Source: Chlamydiia bacterium
Lineage (GTDB): Bacteria > Chlamydiota > Chlamydiia > Chlamydiales > 2-12-FULL-49-11
DNA length: 64,000 nt
Assembly (NCBI GenBank): GCA_044359535.1
Contig: JBIKLZ010000002.1
Coordinates: 32,001 to 96,000, forward strand
Reading direction: 5' to 3'
Every line of letters starts with the position of its first letter. Position 1 is the stretch's first letter. The translations under genes were made by a program, and so were the position numbers. Below the pieces are notes generated by a model that saw only the letters and a list, made by a program, of their open reading frames with translations, was not told the origin of the DNA and ran no database searches. Shown here one piece after another: positions 56,178 through 64,000 of the stretch.

Positions 56178-57305
56178 ATGTGGGAACCAAAATATTTACG
56201 TCGTATCGATCTTCGATTGCTCTTTGTGGTCTTTTTTTTGATGGGGGTAAGTATTTTAGTCATTTTAGCCACCACTCAAAGCGATCAAAGTGAGGGGATG
56301 GTTTTTACAACTTTAGCAAAAAATCAACTTCGGGCTTTTGTTTTAGGGTTGTTTATTTTTTTTTTCCTCGCCTGTTTTGATTATCGAAAATTGCGGGAAT
56401 ATACGTGGTTTTTTTACTTAGCGACCCTCCTTTTATTATTTGGACTATTTTTTGCTCCCCCTATTCACAATGTTCGAAGGTGGTATAGATTGCCATTTCT
56501 CCCTTTTGACTTACAACCTTCGGAAATGGCAAAACTTGTAGTTGTGATCACTTTAAGTTGGTACTTGGAAAGAAACATGGAGCGGGTAAAGCGCCTTTCA
56601 GTATTTTTACAAGGATCGCTGATTGTCTTTATCCCATTTGTATTGATTTTAAAACAACCCGATTTAGGCACCGCCCTTGTCCTTTGTCCAATAGCCCTTG
56701 CTATGTTTTATATTGGGGGAATAGATGAAAAAATTTTAAAAATACTTTCCACTTTTGGGGTGATTATTCTTTCTATTGTCCTTTCCATTTTTATGGGATT
56801 TTTATCTCATGAACAGATGCGGCCCCTTTTTACAAAGGTGATGAAGGAGTATCAGTATGAACGGCTCAACCCAGATACATTTCATCAAAAAGCAGGGCAA
56901 ACAGCTATTGGGTTAGGGCATTACTTTGGAAGTGGATTTTTGAAAAGTGAGTATACGGGAAATAAATTTCTCCCTTATGGGTATACAGACTCTGTCTTTC
57001 CAGCTTTTATAGAGGAGTATGGTTTTGTTGGAGGGGTTTTATTGCTCACCCTTTTTTTCAGCCTTATCTACTTTAGTTTTCAGGTAGCTAAAGTTGCTAA
57101 AGATTATTTTGGAAGACTTCTAGCCTCAGGCATTGCTATTTATATTGCTATGCACGTTATTGTCAATATTGGGATGATGTGCGGTTTTTTGCCTATTACA
57201 GGTGTCCCTTTGATCCTTGTCACCTATGGAGGCTCTTCAGTTGTCGCTACATGTATCGCTTTGGGTCTTTTGCAGAGCATCTACGCAAGAAGGTTTACTT
57301 TTTAG
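56178..57305 (+). CDS. rodA: SEDS peptidoglycan polymerase RodA
   Basis: RRWY, QPSEMAK, KQPDLGTA, LPITGVPL..YGGSS. Confidence 0.93.
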   Translation: MWEPKYLRRIDLRLLFVVFFLMGVSILVILATTQSDQSEGMVFTTLAKNQLRAFVLGLFIFFFLACFDYRKLREYTWFFYLATLLLLFGLFFAPPIHNVRRWYRLPFLPFDLQPSEMAKLVVVITLSWYLERNMERVKRLSVFLQGSLIVFIPFVLILKQPDLGTALVLCPIALAMFYIGGIDEKILKILSTFGVIILSIVLSIFMGFLSHEQMRPLFTKVMKEYQYERLNPDTFHQKAGQTAIGLGHYFGSGFLKSEYTGNKFLPYGYTDSVFPAFIEEYGFVGGVLLLTLFFSLIYFSFQVAKVAKDYFGRLLASGIAIYIAMHVIVNIGMMCGFLPITGVPLILVTYGGSSVVATCIALGLLQSIYARRFTF

Positions 57306-57337
57306 TATAATTTATTCCCCTTTTCAGGTAACAAAAG

Positions 57338-57823
57338 TTGAAATGGGCAATCTTTACTCAGGTGGTTATTTTGAAAAATAGAGATCTTTTTAAAAAAGAG
57401 GGTTTTATTGGGGAAGGAAAAATTTATATAGAGGATGAGGGGACAGATTTTCCTATCCTTATGAAAATTTCGATGAAGGAGTGTGATGAAAGAAGCCCAA
57501 TTCTTGAATTTACCACAACTATTGAGATGGATCAGGGGGATGAGCCCATTATCAATTACTATACCCTGACATTTCATGGAGAAAATACCTTTCATATCCT
57601 TATTGCCTCAGAAAATTGGGGATATGTAGAAGGGAATGGATTTATTAAACAGGGGTTTATAGGTTGGGAAATAGCAAGTGCCGATCAAATGTTTCATGGA
57701 CATGAATCAATTGAAACAAAGGGAGAAAACGACTACAGATTTTTTGGAGAATACGCTTCGAAAGAAGAAATGAGAACAAAAATTGTCTGCCGCTTGGTTA
57801 GCTATGAAAATATCTCTTCATAA
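57338..57823 (+). CDS. Hypothetical beta-rich protein; start uncertain
   Basis: ORF directly downstream of rodA; GEGKI and IGWE patterns. Confidence 0.65.
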   Translation: MKWAIFTQVVILKNRDLFKKEGFIGEGKIYIEDEGTDFPILMKISMKECDERSPILEFTTTIEMDQGDEPIINYYTLTFHGENTFHILIASENWGYVEGNGFIKQGFIGWEIASADQMFHGHESIETKGENDYRFFGEYASKEEMRTKIVCRLVSYENISS

Positions 57824-58142
57824 ACATGTTTTCTTTTTTTTGATTCTATTGTGTGCCGGTTGTGCTACTTACTCAAGCTATATTGTCACAATGGATAGCT
57901 ACCTTCAGGTAGAAACTGGAGAGACAAGGGAAGAATTGATCCAAAAATTTGGGGAACCTGTCTCTATTGAAGCCCATACTGACGGGACTGAAATATATAC
58001 CTATATTGAAAGATTAACAATGAATGGGGAAGTGATGAAATCTACAACCTACTGCTTTACTATAAAAGAGGGGAAAGTTGTAGACAAATCTGCAAAAGTT
58101 GTCGATCGAACCCAAAGTGTGGATTCAAATCAGATGTACTGA
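57804..58142 (+). CDS. Lipoprotein, SmpA/OmlA (BamE)-like
   Basis: Lipobox CAGC; VETGETREELIQKFGEP..YTY. Confidence 0.7.
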   Translation: MKISLHKHVFFFLILLCAGCATYSSYIVTMDSYLQVETGETREELIQKFGEPVSIEAHTDGTEIYTYIERLTMNGEVMKSTTYCFTIKEGKVVDKSAKVVDRTQSVDSNQMY

Positions 58143-58187
58143 AAATATGAGACTTTGCTATAGTTTGTATTTTACAAAGGTTTCATT

Positions 58188-59006
58188 ATGAAGTATATAC
58201 TATTATTTTTATTTTCTTGTTCTCTGTTTAGTCAGTCTATAGACGTGATCCTCCCTGTTCATAAAAAGGATGCGCCCACCTTAGAGCTTGTGATAGAAAA
58301 AATTAGAGAAAATGTTTCCGATGTTCGAAGGGTGATTGTGATCTCTAAAGAGAAATTTACAGAAAGTGCTGAATGGGTAGAGGAAAAGGATTTTCCATTT
58401 ACAATTGACGATGTGGGAAATGAGTTAGGGGGACAAGGGGGGATAGGAAAAAATGTACGTAGGGGATGGTACTACCAACAGCTGTTAAAGTTTTATGCCC
58501 ATTTTGTGATTGATGATCTTTTAGAAAATATTTTGATTTTTGATGCCGACACTGTCCCTAATAAAAAGATGTCCTTTTTTGCAAAAAATGGAGCGATTTA
58601 CATGGATATTGGGTCACGAGGTAAAACCCATTTTACCTACTTTATACATCTAAGAAAATTACTTCCCCTTTTAGACGATGTGGATCGAACCATTTTACCT
58701 GTAGTTCACCATATGGTTTTTAACAGGGAGGTCATTATTGATTTATTTAAAACGGTGGAAGATGCTTTTCAAGAACCTTTTTGGAAGGTATTTTGTAATC
58801 AAGTCATTACAAACAGTAATAAATCAGCCTATCTTTACGTGGGAGCTTCTGAATACTTGATTTATTACCACTTTTGCATGAACTATTTTAGGGATAAATA
58901 TGTACATAGAGTGATCCGGTTAAAAGACGATGCAGAGACCTTTTCATTAGAGAAGTTTAGAAATTATGACTTTGTAAGTGTTCACCAGTACGATCGAAGA
59001 GAGTGA
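58188..59006 (+). CDS. GT-A fold glycosyltransferase-like protein (DUF6492-like) with signal peptide
   Basis: IDVILP, GWYYQQLLK, DAD (DxD), HHMVF, SEY. Confidence 0.7.
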   Translation: MKYILLFLFSCSLFSQSIDVILPVHKKDAPTLELVIEKIRENVSDVRRVIVISKEKFTESAEWVEEKDFPFTIDDVGNELGGQGGIGKNVRRGWYYQQLLKFYAHFVIDDLLENILIFDADTVPNKKMSFFAKNGAIYMDIGSRGKTHFTYFIHLRKLLPLLDDVDRTILPVVHHMVFNREVIIDLFKTVEDAFQEPFWKVFCNQVITNSNKSAYLYVGASEYLIYYHFCMNYFRDKYVHRVIRLKDDAETFSLEKFRNYDFVSVHQYDRRE

Positions 59007-59013
59007 TTATTTA

Positions 59014-60108
59014 CTAAAATGAGTGAGGAAGAAGGTTTGAAAAGACCTCTTCCCATTTTTCTAACATGTTTTTTTTGTAGTCCCTATACCAAAGAGCAAG
59101 GGCCCTTTTTTTTGATGCAAAGTCTGTTGTTTTTAAAAGGTGGGGGATTTGTTCATAGGAATCAAAAAAAACAAAAAATGGAGCTAGATCCTCTCTATAC
59201 CACTCACAATGATCGATTATTTCTTCAATAGAGAGATTATTTGAGACAAAGACAAACTGACTCCAATCTATAAAAGAGAAGCTTTTTTTGTATTGTTCTG
59301 CATAGAATTTTTTGGAAGGGATGAAATGGATGACCCCTTGAGCCAAATTTTCATATAAAAAGCAATTTCCCATTACAGAAGGAATATGAACCATAGCCTT
59401 AAAATCTTTAATATCAGAGGCGCCATTGTAGGGGCCGCAATAGTTTTTGATTTTTAGGTTATCTAAAATTTTCGATAAACCTACTTTGGTTTCGTTGATG
59501 TACTCCCTGATAAAGAGAGTCTCTGGTTTATTCACTGTTTTTGGCACCTGTTTGTAAATGTCCCCGTGAAAGTCATTGATTCCAATCGGTGTGATTGTTT
59601 TTTGTATAGCAAAGACCTTTCGATGAGTTTCAGCATAGTACTTTTCATAAGGGATGTAGCCAATAACCTCGACATTGGGCATATTTAACGTGGATGAAAA
59701 CAATGCGTAATAGGGTTCATCTGGAAAAATTTTCTTTCCTGATCGATGACAATTGATATCAAATCGGTTGCATACCCAAATAAGCAAAGGCTTTTCCCAT
59801 TGATTTTGCAAAAAAATTCTTGAAAGGGGGGCAATATCAGAGGTGATGATCAGATCATACTGATTGAATGTGTCCTTATGAAGCTTAAAAATTTTTTTAG
59901 CTTTATCATGAGAAATAATATAGGGATCAATAGTTTTTTTTCCTGTGAGAAAAGAGGGGGGAAGTGTTGGGATGAGCCAAGTATCAAGATCGATATTAAA
60001 GTGGCGACAAATGGAAGAGATCTCTCCAGCACAACCTGCATGGTAAGTAATGTGAAGAGCCTTTGGGATAGAAAATAGAAGAAGGGGGAAAAGAAAAAAT
60101 TTTATCAT
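59014..60108 (-). CDS. Hypothetical glycosyltransferase-like protein with signal peptide
   Basis: LHITYHAGC, YDLIITSD, WVCNRFD, FKAMVHIP..LYENL..G..FIPS; resembles a GT-B C-terminal lobe. Confidence 0.5.
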   Translation of the reverse strand: MIKFFLFPLLLFSIPKALHITYHAGCAGEISSICRHFNIDLDTWLIPTLPPSFLTGKKTIDPYIISHDKAKKIFKLHKDTFNQYDLIITSDIAPLSRIFLQNQWEKPLLIWVCNRFDINCHRSGKKIFPDEPYYALFSSTLNMPNVEVIGYIPYEKYYAETHRKVFAIQKTITPIGINDFHGDIYKQVPKTVNKPETLFIREYINETKVGLSKILDNLKIKNYCGPYNGASDIKDFKAMVHIPSVMGNCFLYENLAQGVIHFIPSKKFYAEQYKKSFSFIDWSQFVFVSNNLSIEEIIDHCEWYREDLAPFFVFFDSYEQIPHLLKTTDFASKKRALALWYRDYKKNMLEKWEEVFSNLLPHSF

Positions 60109-60160
60109 AGGAAAAATGATAAAATAAAAAGGTATTTAAGGATAGATATTTAGGGAAATG

Positions 60161-60185
60161 TGCTCCGATAGTAGCTACCGGAGCA
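60161..60185 (-). terminator. GC-rich hairpin after rpsJ
   Basis: TGCTCCGGTAG-CTA-CTATCGGAGCA on the minus strand; weak U-tract. Confidence 0.5.
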
Positions 60186-60193
60186 AAAGGCGA

Positions 60194-60517
60194 TTATACC
60201 GCTGATGTAATAGCGATATCTACACCGCTAGCTAAAGAATGTTTACGAAGTCTTTCTACAGTGTCTGCAGTAGGACTTTGAATATCAATCATTCTTTTGT
60301 GGGTACGCATTTCAAACTGATCACGAGATTTTTTATCAATGTGAGGCGATCTAAGAACGGTTTGCTTTTCAATCTTTGTGGGTAAAGGAATAGGACCAAT
60401 AACCACAGCTCCAGATCTTCTAGCAATTTCAGCAATCTCTACCGCTGCACTGTCGACAATTTTATGATCATAGCCTTTAAGGCGAATTCGTATTCTTTGT
60501 TTTTTAGGCTGTGCCAT
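60194..60517 (-). CDS. rpsJ: 30S ribosomal protein S10
   Basis: [30 protein letters not shown]. Confidence 0.99.
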   Translation of the reverse strand: MAQPKKQRIRIRLKGYDHKIVDSAAVEIAEIARRSGAVVIGPIPLPTKIEKQTVLRSPHIDKKSRDQFEMRTHKRMIDIQSPTADTVERLRKHSLASGVDIAITSAV

Positions 60518-60531
60518 ATTTTAGTTGCTCC

Positions 60532-62619
60532 TTACTTCTTTGTAACTATTTTTTCTTGTATTACTTTTGGAACTTTTTCAAAGTGACTAGGCTCCATTGT
60601 AAACTCACCTCTACCTGATGTGATCGATCTAATATCTGTAGAATATCCAAACATCTGTGATAGGGGAACTTCAGCCTCAATTTCAGCAGAAGTACCGGTT
60701 TGAGTTTGATTTAAAATTTTTCCACGACGTCTGTTTAAATCCCCAATGAGATCTCCTAAAGAGCTTTCTGGGGATCGAGTGCACACTTTCATGATAGGCT
60801 CTAAAATATAAGGGTTGCACTTTCTTGCAGCCTCTTTAAGAGCCATTGAAGCACAAATTTTGAAGGCCATTTCACTGGAGTCTACCTCATGGTAAGAACC
60901 AAAGACAATACTTACTTTTGTATCAACAACAGGATAACCTGCTAAAACTCCAGTATTTAATGCCTCTTGAATCCCTTTAATACATGCAGGAATATACTCT
61001 TTTGGAATAGATCCTCCAACAATTTTGCTCACAATTTCGTTTCCTTTACCCACTTCATTAGGTTCAATTTCGATAACAACGTGAGCGTACTGACCACGAC
61101 CTCCAGATTGTTTAACATACTTATTCTCGTGTTTTGTACTATCAGTGATGGCTTCTCTATAAGAAACTTCTGGAGCCCCTACATTTGCCTCCACTTTAAA
61201 TTCGCGGATCATACGATCTCTAAGAACATCAAGGTGAAGTTCCCCCATCCCTGCAATAATTGTCTGACCTGTCTCTTCATCTGTAGTTACCTTAAATGTA
61301 GGGTCTTCTTCTGAAAGGGCAGTTAAAGCAATAGACAATTTCTCTCTATCAGGTTTTGATTTTGGTTCAATAGCCATAGAAATCACAGGTTCTGGGAAAT
61401 TCATTTTTTCTAAGATTAAAACATTGTCTTCTATACAAAGGGTATCCCCTGTTGTAGAGTTTTTAAGTCCAATGACAGCAAAAATATCCCCTGTGTAGAA
61501 CTCATCTCGATCAAATCGGTTGTTAGCATGCATTTCAAGGAGTCTTGAAACCCTTTCTTTTTTCCCTTTTGTGGAGTTGTAAAGGGCTGTCCCTTTCTTT
61601 AAGGTCCCTGAATAGATTCTAACAAAGGTTAAGCGGCCGACGTAAGGATCGGTCATCACTTTAAAGGCAAGCATTGCAAGCTTTTCATCATCTTTGGGTT
61701 GAACAGTAAACTCTTTTTCGCCCTCTTCATCAAAAGCTTTTATCGCCCCTCTATCTATTGGAGAAGGGAGCCATGCAACCACTTTATCAAGAAGTTGTTG
61801 AATCCCTTTATTTTTAAATGCGGTTCCACATAACACAGGGAAGAGTTTATTAGCACAGACACTTTTTCTAATCGAGGCGTTGATCTCTTCTATGGTTAAT
61901 GAATCTGGATCCTCTAAAACTTTTGTCATAAAAGTTTCATTTGAATCATCTAAAGTAGCAAGTTCTTCAAGAAGGGCAGATCTTAGCTCTTTGGCTTTTT
62001 CTAAAAGATCAGCGGGAATCTCAATAGTTTGGTAATCTTCACCAAGACCGTCTGTAAATAGGTAACCTTTCATGTTGACAATATCAACCATTCCTTTGAA
62101 TTCACCTTCTGAACCAATAGGAATGTGGATAGGCATTGCATTTGCCCCTAATTTGTCTTTCATTGTGTCAACACACATCTCAAAATCTGCTCCGACTCTA
62201 TCCATTTTATTGATGAATGCAATACGAGGAACGTTATAACGGGTAGCTTGTCTCCATACAGTTTCAGATTGAGGTTGAACGCCATCTACAGCACTAAATA
62301 CAGCAACAGCACCATCAAGAACTCTTAATGATCGCTCTACTTCGATAGTAAAGTCAACGTGGCCGGGGGTGTCGATAATGTTAATCTTGTTTTGACCCCA
62401 GTAAATGGTTGTACATGCAGAAGTAATTGTGATTCCACGTTCTTGCTCTTGAACCATCCAGTCCATAGTCGCAGCCCCTTCGTGAACCTCACCGATTTTA
62501 TGTTCTTTTCCAGAATAGTATAGAATACGCTCTGTTACAGTTGTTTTACCCGCATCAATGTGCGCCATAATTCCAATGTTTCTTACATTGTCTAAACGGT
62601 CTTTTTCACCTCTTGTCAT
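60532..62619 (-). CDS. fusA: Elongation factor G
   Basis: [45 protein letters not shown]. Confidence 0.99.
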   Translation of the reverse strand: MTRGEKDRLDNVRNIGIMAHIDAGKTTVTERILYYSGKEHKIGEVHEGAATMDWMVQEQERGITITSACTTIYWGQNKINIIDTPGHVDFTIEVERSLRVLDGAVAVFSAVDGVQPQSETVWRQATRYNVPRIAFINKMDRVGADFEMCVDTMKDKLGANAMPIHIPIGSEGEFKGMVDIVNMKGYLFTDGLGEDYQTIEIPADLLEKAKELRSALLEELATLDDSNETFMTKVLEDPDSLTIEEINASIRKSVCANKLFPVLCGTAFKNKGIQQLLDKVVAWLPSPIDRGAIKAFDEEGEKEFTVQPKDDEKLAMLAFKVMTDPYVGRLTFVRIYSGTLKKGTALYNSTKGKKERVSRLLEMHANNRFDRDEFYTGDIFAVIGLKNSTTGDTLCIEDNVLILEKMNFPEPVISMAIEPKSKPDREKLSIALTALSEEDPTFKVTTDEETGQTIIAGMGELHLDVLRDRMIREFKVEANVGAPEVSYREAITDSTKHENKYVKQSGGRGQYAHVVIEIEPNEVGKGNEIVSKIVGGSIPKEYIPACIKGIQEALNTGVLAGYPVVDTKVSIVFGSYHEVDSSEMAFKICASMALKEAARKCNPYILEPIMKVCTRSPESSLGDLIGDLNRRRGKILNQTQTGTSAEIEAEVPLSQMFGYSTDIRSITSGRGEFTMEPSHFEKVPKVIQEKIVTKK

Positions 62620-62751
62620 CCTTCCCCTCTTTCTTTTTCGCTATTCACTCAATATATTATGTGTTGAATAGACCTTTGTTTACAGCTATAGCGCCTTACA
62701 ATCATTTCCTGTTCTAATGATGGATTGCCATCACGATCTACACAATTGTAG

Positions 62752-62789
62752 AAAAAAAATATCAGCTTACTTAAGGAAGCTGATATTTT
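62752..62789 (-). terminator. Intrinsic terminator immediately after rpsG
   Basis: Minus strand AAAATATCAGCTT-CCTTAAGT-AAGCTGATA-T8. Confidence 0.7.
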
Positions 62790-62795
62790 GTTGTG

Positions 62796-63272
62796 TTACC
62801 ACTTATAATGAGCAAAAGCTTTGTTTGCTTCAGCCATTCTGTGTACTTCGTCACGCTTTTTGACACTTGACCCTTGACTGTTGTAACAATCTTGAAGTTC
62901 TTGAGCAAGACCATCAATCATCGATCTGCCAGCCTTAGCTTTTGCGTAACCAATGACCCACTTCATTGCCAAGGACATTTTTCTCCCTGGATTGATTTCA
63001 ATAGGCACTTGGTACGTTGCTCCTCCAATTCTTCTTGATTTTACTTCAACATGGGGGGTTGCATTTTCTAAAGCTTTCAAGAAAGCATCCAATTCGTTTC
63101 CTTGGGCATTGACTCTTTGACTAAATTTATCAATAGCATCGTATACGATCTTAGTGGCCAAAGACTTTTTGCCATGGATCATGACTTTACGGATAAATTT
63201 TGTAACCTCAGTGTTGCCAAATTTGTGATCTGGTTCCACAGGGCGTTTTTCAGCTTTTCTTCTTCTTGACAT
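62796..63272 (-). CDS. rpsG: 30S ribosomal protein S7
   Basis: GKKSLA, EVKSRRIGGATYQVP, HRMAEANKAFAHYKW. Confidence 0.99.
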   Translation of the reverse strand: MSRRRKAEKRPVEPDHKFGNTEVTKFIRKVMIHGKKSLATKIVYDAIDKFSQRVNAQGNELDAFLKALENATPHVEVKSRRIGGATYQVPIEINPGRKMSLAMKWVIGYAKAKAGRSMIDGLAQELQDCYNSQGSSVKKRDEVHRMAEANKAFAHYKW

Positions 63273-63305
63273 AGTTAATCCTTATACCTACCTAATGGGT
63301 AGAAC

Positions 63306-63677
63306 TTATTTTCCTTTCTTTGCACCGTATTTTGATCGACCTTGCTTTCTGTCTTTTACAGCAGCACAGTCAAGAGTCCCTCTAATGATGTGGTATCTTA
63401 CCCCTGGAAGATCAGGCACTCTGCCCCCTCTAATAAGAACCATGGAGTGTTCTTGGAGGTTGTGGCCTTCCCCAGGAATATAAGCAGAAACCTCAATTCC
63501 ATTAGAAAGCTTTACCCTTGCTACTTTTCGAAGCGCTGAGTTCGGCTTTTTTGGAGTCATTGTTTTTACCTGCACGCAAACCCCTCTTCTTTGAGGACAT
63601 CTTTTTAACGCTTGGGATTTTGATTTTACTCTAGTTTTTACTCTAGGGTTTCTTATCAGTTGATTTAGTGTAGGCAT
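63306..63677 (-). CDS. rpsL: 30S ribosomal protein S12
   Basis: [38 protein letters not shown]. Confidence 0.99.
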   Translation of the reverse strand: MPTLNQLIRNPRVKTRVKSKSQALKRCPQRRGVCVQVKTMTPKKPNSALRKVARVKLSNGIEVSAYIPGEGHNLQEHSMVLIRGGRVPDLPGVRYHIIRGTLDCAAVKDRKQGRSKYGAKKGK

Positions 63678-63718
63678 AAAGGCCTATCTCCTTATTTATT
63701 TTCAAAAATTTACAAAGC

Positions 63719-63747
63719 AATATACCAAATGGGCGCTATTATTGCAA
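63719..63747 (-). promoter_or_regulatory. rpsL operon promoter
   Basis: TTGCAA-N17-TATATT with extended TG. Confidence 0.65.
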
Positions 63748-63855
63748 ATTAAATAGTGAAAAAAGGGAAATTTTATTCATTCAAAGGGGGAGAAGAAGAA
63801 TATTGTCGTTTTTAAAAAAAAGTTTTGTTAGTGTCCGGCTTTATGGAGGGTAGGT

Positions 63856-64000
63856 GTGAAGAAGGGGTTTTGTTTTTTAGTTGTATGGGGAACAGTTTTT
63901 TGTAAACATCACGATTTTAATGAGGTAAAAGCAATCAATCAAAAATTGTTTTCTTATCATGTCCTTTTTGATGGGTATAATGAGGTGCTCGCAGAAAGAT
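63856..64000 (+). CDS. 5' fragment of an exported protein, possibly tail-specific protease (Tsp)
   Basis: RBS GGAGG then GTG; MKKGFCFLVVWGTVFCKHHDFNEVKAINQKLFSYHVLFDGYNEVLAER is open to the window end; LF.YHV pattern and position near rpsL recall chlamydial tsp. Confidence 0.45.
   Translation, partial: MKKGFCFLVVWGTVFCKHHDFNEVKAINQKLFSYHVLFDGYNEVLAER

Noticed and set aside
60194-63677. Missing tuf and rpsJ detached from the S10 operon
   Set aside because: rpsL-rpsG-fusA-rpsJ is the normal chlamydial arrangement
1-64000. CRISPR arrays, IS elements, rRNA, riboswitches, replication origin or terminus
   Set aside because: No regularly spaced repeats, transposase motifs or recognisable RNA families seen by eye; strand skew was not computed, so no claim is made

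Overview
Chromosomal segment of an environmental Chlamydiota (non-Chlamydiaceae chlamydia). The assignment rests on chlamydial-type genes and gene order: a ~1000-aa PBP2, tRNA-Gly-rpsB-tsf-pyrH-frr, mcsA/mcsB, sufBCDS, the sctJ-K-L-R-S-T type III secretion block, parA plus a pGP6-D homologue, gpmA-nifS-nifU, birA-rodA, and rpsL-rpsG-fusA-rpsJ without tuf. Accessory genes are interspersed with this core: an Inc-like protein fused to a putative Fe(II)/2-oxoglutarate dioxygenase at the position where Chlamydiaceae carry ompA; thymidine kinase next to a Legionella Pht-like MFS transporter; a FASTK-like helical-repeat/RAP protein; four glycosyltransferase-like proteins with signal peptides; rmlCDB-kdsB; four tandem MOMP-like porin genes, most with their own promoter; long-form pta with ackA; and several small or duplicated orphan candidate effectors. 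The window also holds three tRNAs and three CDSs missing from the ORF track (pbp2, a 54-aa ORF, a partial tsp-like gene). No transposon, prophage or CRISPR array is evident. All family calls come from motif recognition by eye; no database searches were run.
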